64,000 nt of DNA, taken from Prasinococcaceae sp. CCMP 1430. Lineage: Eukaryota > Plantae > Prasinodermophyta. How positions within the stretch are numbered: position 1 is the stretch's first letter; every line of letters begins with the position of its first letter. Positions 21,560-32,476 of the stretch are shown here, in pieces. The translations under genes were made by a program, and so were the position numbers. The notes under the pieces are model-generated. The model saw only the letters and a list, made by a program, of their open reading frames with translations, did not search any database and had not been told where the DNA came from. The stretch is taken from positions 1 to 64,000 of the forward strand of contig RQSC01001202.1 of the NCBI GenBank assembly GCA_013416795.1, written 5' to 3'.

Positions 21560-23429
21560 ATGACGCTGAGCGAGTGGACCGCGCCGCTCCTCGGGGCGTT
21601 CTACCAGTACGGCGCCGCAGTCGAGCTCACCGCGCTGGCGGCGGCATGCGGCGCGCTCGCGTGGGGGGTCGCGGCGTCGCGCCGCAGCGCGGGGGCGGCC
21701 GAATTCGCCGAGATGCGACGCCTCGTGCGCGAGGCATGCGAGGCCCCCGCGAAGGGCGTGCTCGACGCCGTGGTGGACGAGATGGTGGAGGACATGCGCG
21801 CGTCGCTCACCAAGGCAGACGGCGGGCGCACGCGCATGCTTCCCGCGTTCGTCGACGCCCTGCCTGACGGTGCCGAGGAGGGCACGTTCTATGCGCTGGA
21901 CCTCGGTGTGTGGCGCGTTGTACGAGTGCTCTCAACCCACTTGCAGTCCTGCATACCCCCGCGCGTGCGCCCCACCCACGCGGGCGTCGGCAGGCCCAGC
22001 GCCAGCGAGCGCGAGCGCTGGTGCCGCACTCGCACGCTGACGACCTGCGCGCGATTGCATGCTGGCGACTGCGTGGCTGCTTAGGCGGCACCAACCTGCG
22101 CTGCCTCGCAGTGACGCTTGGCTCGGGCGCGTCAAAGATCGAGTCAGTGCGCCATAGCGAGTGCGAGATTCCTCCTTCCGCGTACAGCGGAGACTCGGCC
22201 TCGGACCTGTTTGGCTTCATCGCCGGCGCGCTGCGTGAGTTCATCGATGCCGACACCGCGCAGGGTCACCCTCGAGGCAAGACGCTCGGATTCACATTCT
22301 CGTTTCCCACAGAGCAGACCGCCGTCAACGCGGGCAAGCTCATCGAATGGACCAAGGGATTCACCACCAAGGTGCGCCCTTACCGGAGGCAATCGATCTG
22401 AGATAGTGCCAGAGCTGTAGGTGCGCTGCAGCCTGCCGAAGACGTGCGCACGGCTGACGCCTCGCGCAACTCGCAGGGCGTCATCGGCGCTGATGTGGTG
22501 GACCTTCTTGGGGACGAACTTGCGCCTCGTGGCCTTGGGGACCTGCGTGTGAGCGCTCTCGTCAATGACACCGTCGGTGTGCTCGCGCGCGCGCGCTATG
22601 GCGACAACCGCGCCGCCGCAGGTGTGATCCTAGGCACGGGCACCAACGCGTGCTACGTTGCCAAAGCCTCTGATGTCACCAAGCAAGCGGTGCCGAGCTC
22701 CACTGGCGACATGGTGATCAACATCGAGTGGGGAAACTTCTACGGAGACGCGCTGCCGCGCTTGCGGGCAGACGAGTGGCTCGACAGCGACTCGACAAAC
22801 TGGGGTGAGCAGCCCTTCGAAAAAATGATCGGCGGCATGTACCTCGGCCCGCTCGTGCAGTACACGCTCACGATGTTCGCCCACACGACCGCGACGCTCG
22901 AAGGCGCTGCAAAGGGCCTCAGCTCGATCGAGAACGCCATCAGCTCAGAGGCGGCCGCTGAGGTGCGTGCGCGCGCCGCGCCGTGTCGGGCGCGTATGCG
23001 AGCATTTCCGCAAGGTCGCCGCTGACGCTCGCGCTCTACGTCTGCTGCAACCTTCCACAGGCCGCGGACGACGAATCGCTGGAGCTCTTCGCGTGCGGCA
23101 CTGTGCTCGTCGCGTTGGGGTGCGCCGACGGGGGCTCGATGGCCGAGCGCGCCCTCGTGCGCGAGACCGCGCGTGGCATCATCCGCCGCGCAGGGCGACT
23201 GGCGGCGGCCGGTGTGTGCGCCACGCTGCGCATGGCTGGCAAGGACACAGCGCCGCCCGGGGAAGTCCAAGTCGCCGTGGATGGGAGCGTTTTCGAGCAC
23301 AACAGCCGATTCCGCAATGCAATGTCGGAGGCACTGCGCGAGCTGATGGGTGGCAGTGCACCCGCTTGCGTGCTGGCCAACGATGGCAGCGGCGTCGGCG
23401 CGGCGCTCCTTTCGGCGGCGTACGTTTGA
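21560..23429 (+). CDS. HXK: Hexokinase with N-terminal hydrophobic anchor
   Basis: Exons 21560-21905, 22085-22371, 22477-22962 and 23061-23429, all GT-AG. Spliced motifs LDLGGTN, LGFTFSFP, WTKGF, VNDTVG, VILGTGTNACY, NIEWGNF, FEKMIGGMYLG, DGSGVGAAL. Confidence 0.95.
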
Positions 23430-23544
23430 TAGGTTGCGAACCTCGACGCGCGTGAACGCAGGAGGCACGCGCTCTCGAGTGCGTCCGACCGGGCGCGCGC
23501 GTCAGAGGGGCCCTCGTGCCCGAGCGAACGTAAACAATTCAATT

Positions 23545-25032
23545 TTACATGAGACCGAGGAAAGACCAGTATGGAATTGCCGTGGCCGCAAAGACCACGG
23601 AATTGATGAGGAACATCTTGAGCCCCAGAGTCCAGAACTCGGCGAGGGACACGTAGCCCGCGTTGTAAAACACCACGCTCTGGCCGGAGGCGAAGTGGGT
23701 GATGCCGCCGAAGAGGTTTGTGATGTAGCCCATGGCGAGCGCCACGGGCAGGCCCGCGCCGCCCGCGAGCATGATCACCTGCAGGAATGCAGGGAAGAGC
23801 GACGCGACGTGCGCGGTCTGCGAGGCGAAGACGTAATGGATGAGCGTGTAAGCGGTGAGTAGCACGGCGATGGTCGCCCCCGACCCGAGCCCGAGGTTCG
23901 TCACGCCGGTGGAGACGTTGCTCGCCACCCAGTCGATGAGGCCCATCTGGTTGAGGGCGCCTGAGAAGCCGACCAGCACCGAGAACCAGGTGAGCGTGGA
24001 CCATCCAGCCCCCTCCTTGAGGCAGTCCGACCAAGAGAGCACGCCCGTGTTGAGCAGGATGCACAGACCCAGCATGGCGCCGACCGCGCCGGGCAGCCCG
24101 AAGCCGACCACCCAGATGACCACGGCCGCGGCGAGGGCCACCATCATCACCCACTCGTCGCGGCTGAGGCTGCCCATCTCCTTGAGCTTGGCGCGCGCGG
24201 AGGCGGGCGCCTCAGGAGTGTCCTTGATTTCAGGGGGGCACAGCAGATAGGCCGCGTACGGCGAGATGACCATGCACGCTAGGACCGGCACCAGCGCCGC
24301 CGTGAGCCACTCCATCCACGCGTTGGCGAACACCACGCCGGCCTCCTCCGCCAGCTTGATCACCAGCAGGTTCTGTGCCGAGGCCGTCAGGAAGAGGTTC
24401 GAGGTGTGCGCGGCGGCGCCGTGCGCCTGCGACATGGTGAGGAAGGCGCCCATGCGCCTGGGGTTTTCCTTCGGCGTGGAGCCCACGTCCTTGCTGATCG
24501 AGTCGATCACCGGCTGCAGCACGCCGCCCGCGCGCGCCGTGCCCGAGGGCATGCCCAGCGCCAGCACCGTCTCGGCCGCCGCCAGGCCGTACGACAGGCC
24601 CAGGGTGGACTTGCCGAACGCCGCCACGAAGATCTGCGCGATGCGCGCGCCCAGCCCCGACTGCACGATCCCGCGGGCGAAGAAGAAGCTCACGGTGATG
24701 AGCCAGATGACTTCGCTGGTGAAGGCCTGGAACGCCATGTCCCAGCTGAGCGTCTTGGTCATGACGGCCGCGGTGAGGCCGCAGAAGGCCCACGCCGGGA
24801 CCGGCAGCGGCTCCAGGATGAGTCCCACCACGGTGGTCAAGAAGATTGCCAGCAGCTGCCACGCCTGTGGGGTCACACCGGCGGGCACCGGGATGACGAA
24901 CTGCACGAGCAGGCCCACGCCAACCGCAACCGCGGCGGACGTGAGGTTGACGCCCCGGGGCTGGGCGGGGGCCGCCGCGACCGGCTCCTCGGACTCGGCG
25001 ACGGCCGCCGACGCCGATGCCGCGGGAGCCAT
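23545..25032 (-). CDS. DiT2: Plastid dicarboxylate translocator, DiT2-like (DASS family)
   Basis: AWQLLAIFLTTVVGLILEPLPVPAWAFCGLT, FTSEVIWLITVSFFFARG, PSGTARAGG, YVFASQTAHV, THFASGQS. The frame stays open into gap 25050-25085, which likely holds the transit peptide. Confidence 0.92.
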   Translation of the reverse strand: MAPAASASAAVAESEEPVAAAPAQPRGVNLTSAAVAVGVGLLVQFVIPVPAGVTPQAWQLLAIFLTTVVGLILEPLPVPAWAFCGLTAAVMTKTLSWDMAFQAFTSEVIWLITVSFFFARGIVQSGLGARIAQIFVAAFGKSTLGLSYGLAAAETVLALGMPSGTARAGGVLQPVIDSISKDVGSTPKENPRRMGAFLTMSQAHGAAAHTSNLFLTASAQNLLVIKLAEEAGVVFANAWMEWLTAALVPVLACMVISPYAAYLLCPPEIKDTPEAPASARAKLKEMGSLSRDEWVMMVALAAAVVIWVVGFGLPGAVGAMLGLCILLNTGVLSWSDCLKEGAGWSTLTWFSVLVGFSGALNQMGLIDWVASNVSTGVTNLGLGSGATIAVLLTAYTLIHYVFASQTAHVASLFPAFLQVIMLAGGAGLPVALAMGYITNLFGGITHFASGQSVVFYNAGYVSLAEFWTLGLKMFLINSVVFAATAIPYWSFLGLM

Positions 25033-25880
25033 GCGCACGGGTCGGCCGGNNNNNNNNNNNNNNNNNNNNNNNNNNNNNNNNNNNNGCCCGCGCGCGCGCC
25101 GCCCGCCCGCCCGCGCGCCGAAATCGAATCCGCGCGGAACCCCCGCCGCCTGCGCGCGGACCACGCGCATACATGCACATGCACTGTACCTTCATATCTG
25201 ACCACGGGCGACTTTGTCATTTGAATGCTATTTGACCCGCACTACCGGTGTTCCCCCGCCGGCCCCGCGCGAAATCGCGGAACGGCGCGCGCGCGCTTCC
25301 GCGCGCCGGCGGAAGACACGCGAAAAAGCGCAAATCCGGCGCGCGCGCGCCGAATCGCCTCATCCGCTCCTTTTTCGGCTCTCACTTCTCTCACAAACAC
25401 CACCTCAGTCCCACTATGCCTTACAATAAAATGAAAAGCGGCGGTTTTTTCGGTGGCTGGATCTCATATCAATTCGAATGCGAGCAGCCGCATTTTCTCC
25501 CGCAATTTCTCCCAAACACTTCCGAGTTCAATCACTTTTTCACACGAGCTTTGATCGAGCTTCAGGAGTAGTGAGTCCGACGAGGCGCCCAAAACCTAAA
25601 CCTCGCCGAGTGGCTCTGTCGAATAGGAATACCATCGGATGGCAGGAATAGGAATAGTAGCCTGGACCTAACACGATGCCATGCGGATGACCTGGGAAAG
25701 AACCCGGTGGAAGCGGGGTCGAATGTTTTGGGGAGGTATGATATAGGGTTTATAAAAGCCGTCAAGGAACCCAAACGTGCCAATTTCGATGTTTGGGGTA
25801 GATATTAACTGGGGTTTGGTACGGCGTCGCTGCGGCGCGGCGGCGGCGTGGTCGGCGTCGTCGGCGGCGTCCGCGCAGTA

Positions 25881-26636
25881 TTAAGGGCCTAAGGCGGCGG
25901 CGGCGGCGCTGCCGTCGTCGCTGTCGCTGCCGTCGCCTGAGCTGTCGCTGCCGCCGCCGCCACCGTCCTCTCTGCGGATGAAGGCGCTCGCGTACGCGTC
26001 GGCGAAGGCGCCGAGCGCCGCGGCGGCCGCCCAGGTGCCCAGCGGGATGTAGAAGACGGCGAAGAGGCGGTCGGCCGTCCGCGAGGGGTAGTCGCCCCTC
26101 TCGCCGTAGCCTACCGTGGTGACCGTGGTGACCGCCCAGTACAGACCATCCACGGCGTCCCAGCCGTCCTCGGCGAGCCCCCCCACGGCGGCGCCGAGCG
26201 CCAGGACGAGCGCGAGCGCCGCCAGCGAGAGCGCCAGCGCGCGCGCCTTGTTTTTGTCGCGCGGCTCCTCCGCGCCCCCTCGGCGCGCGCGTGCGGCCTC
26301 GCGCCGCGCCGCCGCCCACGCGCCGAGATGGCCGAGCGCCGCGCCTGCGAAGGGGAGACCGCCGAGCAGGTAGAGCGCGGTGAACGCCTTGGCCTCACGC
26401 GAGCGCGGTGCGACGTCGCCGTAGCCGACCGTCGACAGGGTCACCACGGAGAAGTACAGCCCTTCCAGGAAGCCACGCGGCGCTGGCGCCTCGTCCGGCG
26501 CGCGCATCTCGAGCACGTAGCCGAACACTGCGGCGCCCGCGAGCACGTACGCGCTCAGCAGCAGCGCGTACACGGCCGCGTGGCGCGTCGAGCCCAGCGT
26601 ACCGGGCGGCGCGGCGCGAGCGCGCGCCCCACCGCC
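25881..26636 (-). CDS. TPK: Tandem-pore K+ channel (TPK/KCO-like), 5' end in gap
   Basis: Two pore loops, LYFSVVTLSTVGYGD and LYWAVTTVTTVGYGE, each flanked by TM helices (4TM/2P). No EF-hand is visible. Confidence 0.88.
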   Translation of the reverse strand, partial: GGGARARAAPPGTLGSTRHAAVYALLLSAYVLAGAAVFGYVLEMRAPDEAPAPRGFLEGLYFSVVTLSTVGYGDVAPRSREAKAFTALYLLGGLPFAGAALGHLGAWAAARREAARARRGGAEEPRDKNKARALALSLAALALVLALGAAVGGLAEDGWDAVDGLYWAVTTVTTVGYGERGDYPSRTADRLFAVFYIPLGTWAAAAALGAFADAYASAFIRREDGGGGGSDSSGDGSDSDDGSAAAAALGP

Positions 26637-26761
26637 NNNNNNNNNNNNNNNNNNNNNNNNNNNNNNNNNNNNNNNNNNNNNNNNNNNNNNNNNNNNNNNN
26701 NNNNNNNNNNNNNNNNNNNNNNNNNNNNNNNNNNNNNNNNNNNNNNNNNNNNNNNNNNNNN

Positions 26762-28460
26762 CGCGCGGCGGCGCGCGCTGCGCGAGGGCGGCGCGGGGGC
26801 GCTCGCGCCCGTGCGCGACGCGCTGCTGCGGCGAGGGGTGGGGCCCGCGCCGCTGGCCGAAGCGCTGGGCACGTCGGCGTCGAATGCGGCGGCGCTGATC
26901 GAGCTCTGCAAGGGCGTCGCGCCGCGCGCTGAGAATGGCACCGAGGCGGAGCTCGACGCGCACGCGGTCGTGCTCTTCCTGTTCGCGCAGACCTACCACC
27001 GGCCGCAGACGCATGCCGCCGCCGCCGCCGCCGCCAACTCAGAGCACTGGCCGGGGGGGGCAGATGGCGGCAGCAGTACTGGCAGCGGTGCGGGCACGAT
27101 GGGGGTCGCCAACATGGCCGTCGACTCGCGCGGTGGCATCGAGCGCAGCGCGAGCCCCATCGGCGGCGGCCCAGGCTCGCCGCGCAGCCCGCGCTCGCCC
27201 AGGAAGGCGGTGGCCGACTACGGCGTGAGCGCGGCGGAGGAGCGACGGCAGCACGCGGCCTTCGTGCGGCACCACGTTGGGGGGCTACTGCGGCTGTGCG
27301 TCGATGCGCCGCGCCCGCAGGCTGGCACGGCGGTCAGCGCGCGCGAGCTCGACCGGCTGAGCATGCTGCTCGTGCCCGCGGCCAGCCCCAGCCTCGCGCT
27401 CAGCCGGCTGGCGCCGGCGCTCTTCGGCGCGCCGGGCAACGCTGCGGGCGGCGGCGACATTCCGCAGCACGCCACGACGACGGTCGGAGCGGCGGCGATA
27501 TGGCTCGTCGAGCGAATCGTGTCCCCGGGCGAGGGCCTGGGCGGCGCGCCGGTCAGCCCGATGCAGATGGCCAGCCCGACGCCGGCGTCGGAGGCGCAGG
27601 CGCAGGCTATCGCGCATCGCGAGCTCGGGAGGGCCACGCGCGTGGAGGGCGTGCACAGGGCGACTGCCGTGCGCACAGAGGCCGACATCGCCGCGCCGGG
27701 CGACCTAGTCGTCACCGAATGCGCCGAAGGCGTCGTGTATGCGCTTGCGCCGCTGCGGCGCGCGATCGTGTCGTCCTGCCGCGACGGCGTGGCCGTGCTG
27801 GGCGCGGTGGGCGCGGTCGCGCGAATCGAGCGCTGCGAGCGCATGCAGGTGCTGCTGTGCTGCAAGCGCGTGGTGGTGTCGAACTGCCACGACTGCACCC
27901 TCTTCCTGGCCACCAACACGCCGCCCATCCTGGTCGGCGACAACCGCAACGTCCTGGTCGCCCCGTACAACACATTCTACCCCAGCCTGCGCGCGCACCT
28001 CGCCGCCGCGCGCATCGATCCGACCGTCAACTGCTGGGATACCATTGCGCTTTTGGAGGAGGAAGACGAGCTCGTGCGACCTACCGTGCACGGCGGCGCT
28101 GGCGCTGCGCCCGCGGCCGTGCATGCCATGCCGCCCGAGAGGTTCGTGCCGTTCATCGTCCCCATCGTCGAGTCAGGCACTGCAGCCAGCGCCGCGGCCG
28201 CCGCCAGCCAGCCGCACCAGGCGGATGCCACGCAGACGAATCCGTTCAGCCTGCCACCCGAATACGCGGCCGCCCTCGAGGCCAAGGTGCGCTCCGTGGC
28301 GCAGCTGCGCGCGGCGGTCAAGGAGGCCTCGCTCAGCGACGAGCGGCGGCGCGAGCTGCAGAGCGTCATCCAGTCGCACTTCAAGGACTGGTTGCTGCAC
28401 TCGGGCAACATGCGGCAGGTGTTCGACCTCGCGCGGGCCGAAAACGGCGAGGGGCGGTAG
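26762..28460 (+). CDS. TBCCD1: TBCC domain-containing protein 1 (ASQ2-like), 5' end in gap
   Basis: CARP/TBCC beta-helix region [53 protein letters not shown]; C-terminal [21 protein letters not shown]. Confidence 0.9.
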
Positions 28461-28932
28461 CAGCTGGCCCGGCAGACGCCCGGCAGCCACTGCCGGCGCG
28501 GGAGGAGGGCAGTCGCGCCGCCGCCGCCGCCGCCCACCGCCCACCGCCCACCGCCCGCGTCCGCCACCCGCCGCGGCGGCGAGCGCGAGAATTAAAAACC
28601 GAATGTTCGTCCGAAAGCGCACTTGGGAAAAAAAAACTCGAAAGTACACGTGTACAGTACGTCAAACGCCAATTGAAATGGCCTCCAATGCATTTTGTTG
28701 GAATCTGTATTCACGGTTTTATCGTACGCCCATCATTATAATGCATTTTGATGGTACGATACACGCTTCGGTGTGGTGCAAAAATCTGTCCAAGCAAAGC
28801 GCCACCCGGGTAACCGATCGGATATTTTCGGCGTCGCTCGCGCCTGCGAGCAGCACGCCTGCTGCGCGCAGCAGACAGCGCGCGGCGGCGGCCACAGCGC
28901 GCGCACAGCACGCTCCCCCCCCCGCCGCAGCC

Positions 28933-29061
28933 ATGCCGAAGGGCCTCGGCCGCCGCTCGCGCACGCGCGATGTGTTCAGCCGCCCCTTCCGCGGCAAGGG
29001 CTACATCCCGCTGACCACCTACCTGCGCAACTACAAGGTCGGCGACCTCGTGGACATCAAG
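28933..29061 (+). CDS. RPL21: 60S ribosomal protein eL21, first exon only (43 codons)
   Basis: [43 protein letters not shown] followed by donor GTGCGC. The remaining exons (KGMPHK...) were not found in the window. Confidence 0.9.
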
Positions 29062-29062
29062 G

Positions 29063-30610
29063 TGCGCGACAGCGCCGCCGCCGGCGAGTCCTGCTTCTTT
29101 CCCTCCACGGCGACGGAGCGCGCCGCGCAAGCGCGCGGCGTGCCGCGCGGCGGACGACGGCGGCGCGGACGCGCCGAAGTTCGATGGCTTCGACACGCTC
29201 TGCCTGCACGCGGGCTACACGCCCGACCCCGAGCAGACGTTCGGCATCGGGCAGGGCGCTCCCAGGGGCGTGCCGCTGCATCGGACGGGTGCGTGATGTC
29301 AGCATCTTGGACACAGTGCACACACACGCCAACGCGAGTCCGCCCGCGCACGCCCGCACGCGCACACTGACCGGCCATGCCGCCTACAAATTTTAGCTCC
29401 CTACGTCTTCAAAAGCACCGATCACGCTGCCAATCTCTTCAGCCTCGCGGAGCTGGGCAACATCTACTCGCGACTGATGAATCCGACCACGCACGTGCTG
29501 GAGTCGCGCGTGGCCCAGCTCGAGGGTGGCCACCCGCTGAGCGGACTGGCGCTCTCCTCGGGTACGGCGGCGTGCTTCTACAGCGTGATCAACCTCGCGC
29601 AGGCCGGCGACAACATCGTGTCGGCGAGGAATCTCTACGGCGGTACCTACACCCAGTTCAACGATATTCTCCCCACGCTCGGCATTGAGGTGCGCTTCGT
29701 GGACAGCACAGATCCGGCGAATTTCGCCGAGGCCGCCGACAGCAAGACGCGCGCGTTCTTCTGCGAGACCGTGTCCAACCCCGCTCTGGAGGTTGCAGAC
29801 CTCGAAGCGATCTCGAGCCTGGCGCACGAGCGCGGCCTTCCTCTGATCGTGGACTCCACCTTCAGCACGCCCTACCTGACGAGGCCATTCGAGCATGGCG
29901 CCGACATCGTCGTCTCCTCGCTCACCAAGTGGCTCGGCGGGCACGGCACTGGCGTGGGCGGCGTGGTGGTCGACAAGGGTGGCTTCAACTGGGCCTCGGG
30001 CAACCACCCGCTCTACGACACGCCCGACACGTCGTACGGAGGCCTGCGCTGGGGCCACGACCTGCCGGCGGAGCTGGCACCCCTCGCCTTCAAGCTTCGG
30101 ATGCTCACCGTGCCGCTGAGGAATCTCGGGGCTTGCATCAGCCCAGACAACTCCTGGATGTTCATGCAGGGCATCGAGACGCTGTCTCTGCGCATGGATC
30201 GCCACTGCGAGAACGCGCTCAAGGTGGCGAAGCACCTGAAGGACCACAAGAAGGTGGCGTGGGTCCGCTACCCCGGCCTGCGCGGGGACCCCGAGTTTGC
30301 AGCCCAGAAGAAGTACCTCAAGGGAAAGGGCGGGCCGATGGTCATCTTCGGCATCAAGGCTGACGACGCGGAGATGGCCACCGCCGCGGGCAAGCGCTTC
30401 ATCGACGGCCTGCAGATGGTATCGCACGTCGCCAATGTCGGCGACGCGCGCACGCTTGCCATCCACCCCGCAACGACCACTCACTCGCAGATGTCTCCCG
30501 AGGAGCAGCTCGCCGGCGGCATCAAGCCCGAGCTCGTGCGACTCAGCGTGGGCCTCGAGACCGCCGATGACATCATCGCGGACATTGACGCCGCACTCGG
30601 CAACGCGTAA
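29063..30610 (+). CDS. metY: O-acetylhomoserine (thiol)-lyase/sulfhydrylase with transit-peptide-like N-terminus; start codon missing
   Basis: Exon ~29063-29288 (..[24 protein letters not shown]..), intron 29289-29396, exon 29397-30610 ([18 protein letters not shown]-Lys motif [39 protein letters not shown]). Confidence 0.92.
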
Positions 30611-30793
30611 GGCTGGTGCGCCACCCTCCCGGTGCCGGCTGTGGACAGCAGCCGAGGCTTGTCGTTAAGTGCCAATAGCACTTTCTTCGATGTATTATAA
30701 GCGCGCTCACAGCTAGAGTGCGCGTGGGTAGCCCAGATCTCGCCGACAGCAGCGGCGGCGCTCTTGCCCGTCGCCGCGCCCACACCGCGGGAT

Positions 30794-32284
30794 TTAGGCG
30801 GCGCTGTCCGCGTCATCGTATCGATCGCAGTCGCGATCGTAGTCGTACGCCTCGACCGCCTCCCCGAGCCGCTCGTAGTCCGCTGCCGAGTTGTACCAGT
30901 GCGCGGTGATCCGCACGTACAGCCGGCCGTCGATGCTCTTGACGGGCGCTTCGACGCTGTGCGCGTGGAAGAGAAAGTCCTGCAGCGCTTTAGCGTCCGA
31001 CTCTGTCGTTTTCTTTCCCCCCTGCGGCGCGCAGTTGGGCGGCAGCCCCACCAGCGCCATGTTGGAGCGCATATCCTTGGGCGCGTACGGCCCCGTCCGC
31101 CAGCGCGCCGACAGCGCCTCGACGGCAGCGTCGAGCGTGCGCCGCATGTGCTCGCGCGCGCGGCCGACGCCCACGCGCTCCCACACCTCGAGCGCCGCGA
31201 CGACGGCCAGCGCGGGCGCGTAGTCGCGGCAGCCGTCCCAGATGAACGCCGAGCAGAAGCCCGCATTGGCGCCATGGCTGGTGCACAGAGGACGCACCGT
31301 CGCCTGCCACCGCTCGGCCACCCACAGCATCGCCGCGCCCTTGGGCGCGCACAGGTGCTTGTGCGCGTTCGCCACCACGAAGTCGGCGCCCAGCGCGCTC
31401 AGGTCCATCGCGATGGGTCCGAGCGCGTGCGCCGCGTCCACCAGCAGTGGCGCTCCGTTCCGCCGGCACGCCTCGGCTATGCGCGCGATGGGAAGCTTGA
31501 GCGCCGTGTTGCTCGTCACCCAGTCGACCACCGCGAGCGCCCAGGGCGGGCCCTCGGACGCCAGCGCTCGCTCCACCGCTTCGGCGACGCCGTCCTCGTT
31601 CAGCACGGGCGGCCTGGGCGTGTCAACAACCACGAGCTCGAGGCCATGGCGTGCCGCTTGCTCGCGCAGCAGCTTATGCACGCTCGCGTAGCCCACGTCA
31701 AGACAAAGCACGCGCGCCGGCGCGCCTTCCCCCCCGGTGGCGGCGCCCGCCCCCCCCGCGCCGAGCACGGACTTCACCACCGCGTTGATGCCCGTTGTGG
31801 CGTTGGGCACCAGCACGAGGTCGCGCGGCGACGACCCCACGAAGCGCGCGAGCCGCGCGGCGGTGGCGACGACCTGCGCGAAGAGCGCGCGGTCGACGAA
31901 CGCCACCGGGTTGGCCTCCGCCGCGGCGCGCACGCGGTCCGCGTACGCAGCCGCCGCGCGCAGCGCGCCGCCGAACGCGCCGTGGTTGACGAAGGTCCAG
32001 CGCGACAGGTCCAGGAGGAAGAGCCCCGCAGCGGGCGCGCCCAGGCGCAGGGCCGCACCTCCCCCGTCGACGCCGCCCCGCGGCAGCAGGTCCGCCATCG
32101 GCGCCACGGTGGGTGGAGCCACGTACCCCTCGGCGCACGCGGCGGCGTAGAGCGCCTCCGGGTCGCCCGAGTGGAACGAGCCGAAGCCCTCGTAGCCACG
32201 AGGCCGCCCCGTGCCCTTGCCGCCGGCCTCGCCGGCGAGCGCCGCGCGCGCGCGCAGCGCGCAGCGCTCGCCGTCGTCGCACAT
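30794..32284 (-). CDS. Class-V PLP C-S lyase (L-cysteine desulfhydrase / Egt2 / isopenicillin N epimerase-like)
   Basis: FVNHGAFGG, LVPNATTGINAV, VTSNTALKLP, LVDAAHALG, ANAHKHLCAPKG (PLP lysine), VRITAHWYN. Confidence 0.88.
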   Translation of the reverse strand: MCDDGERCALRARAALAGEAGGKGTGRPRGYEGFGSFHSGDPEALYAAACAEGYVAPPTVAPMADLLPRGGVDGGGAALRLGAPAAGLFLLDLSRWTFVNHGAFGGALRAAAAYADRVRAAAEANPVAFVDRALFAQVVATAARLARFVGSSPRDLVLVPNATTGINAVVKSVLGAGGAGAATGGEGAPARVLCLDVGYASVHKLLREQAARHGLELVVVDTPRPPVLNEDGVAEAVERALASEGPPWALAVVDWVTSNTALKLPIARIAEACRRNGAPLLVDAAHALGPIAMDLSALGADFVVANAHKHLCAPKGAAMLWVAERWQATVRPLCTSHGANAGFCSAFIWDGCRDYAPALAVVAALEVWERVGVGRAREHMRRTLDAAVEALSARWRTGPYAPKDMRSNMALVGLPPNCAPQGGKKTTESDAKALQDFLFHAHSVEAPVKSIDGRLYVRITAHWYNSAADYERLGEAVEAYDYDRDCDRYDDADSAA

Positions 32285-32476
32285 GGCGGGTCGGGAGGCC
32301 GCGCGAGCGTGTGGCGGCGCCGCCGCGCCGAGTGCGCCGAGGCTCGGAAAAACGTCTCATCAAAATGAATGTGATTTTAGTCGCGGCGACATCCGCACGC
32401 GCCGGCGTGGTCCCCCTCATGCGCTCGCGCGCGACCGGCTGGCCTCGCGCGGACGCGCGCGCCTCGCCGCGCGGGC

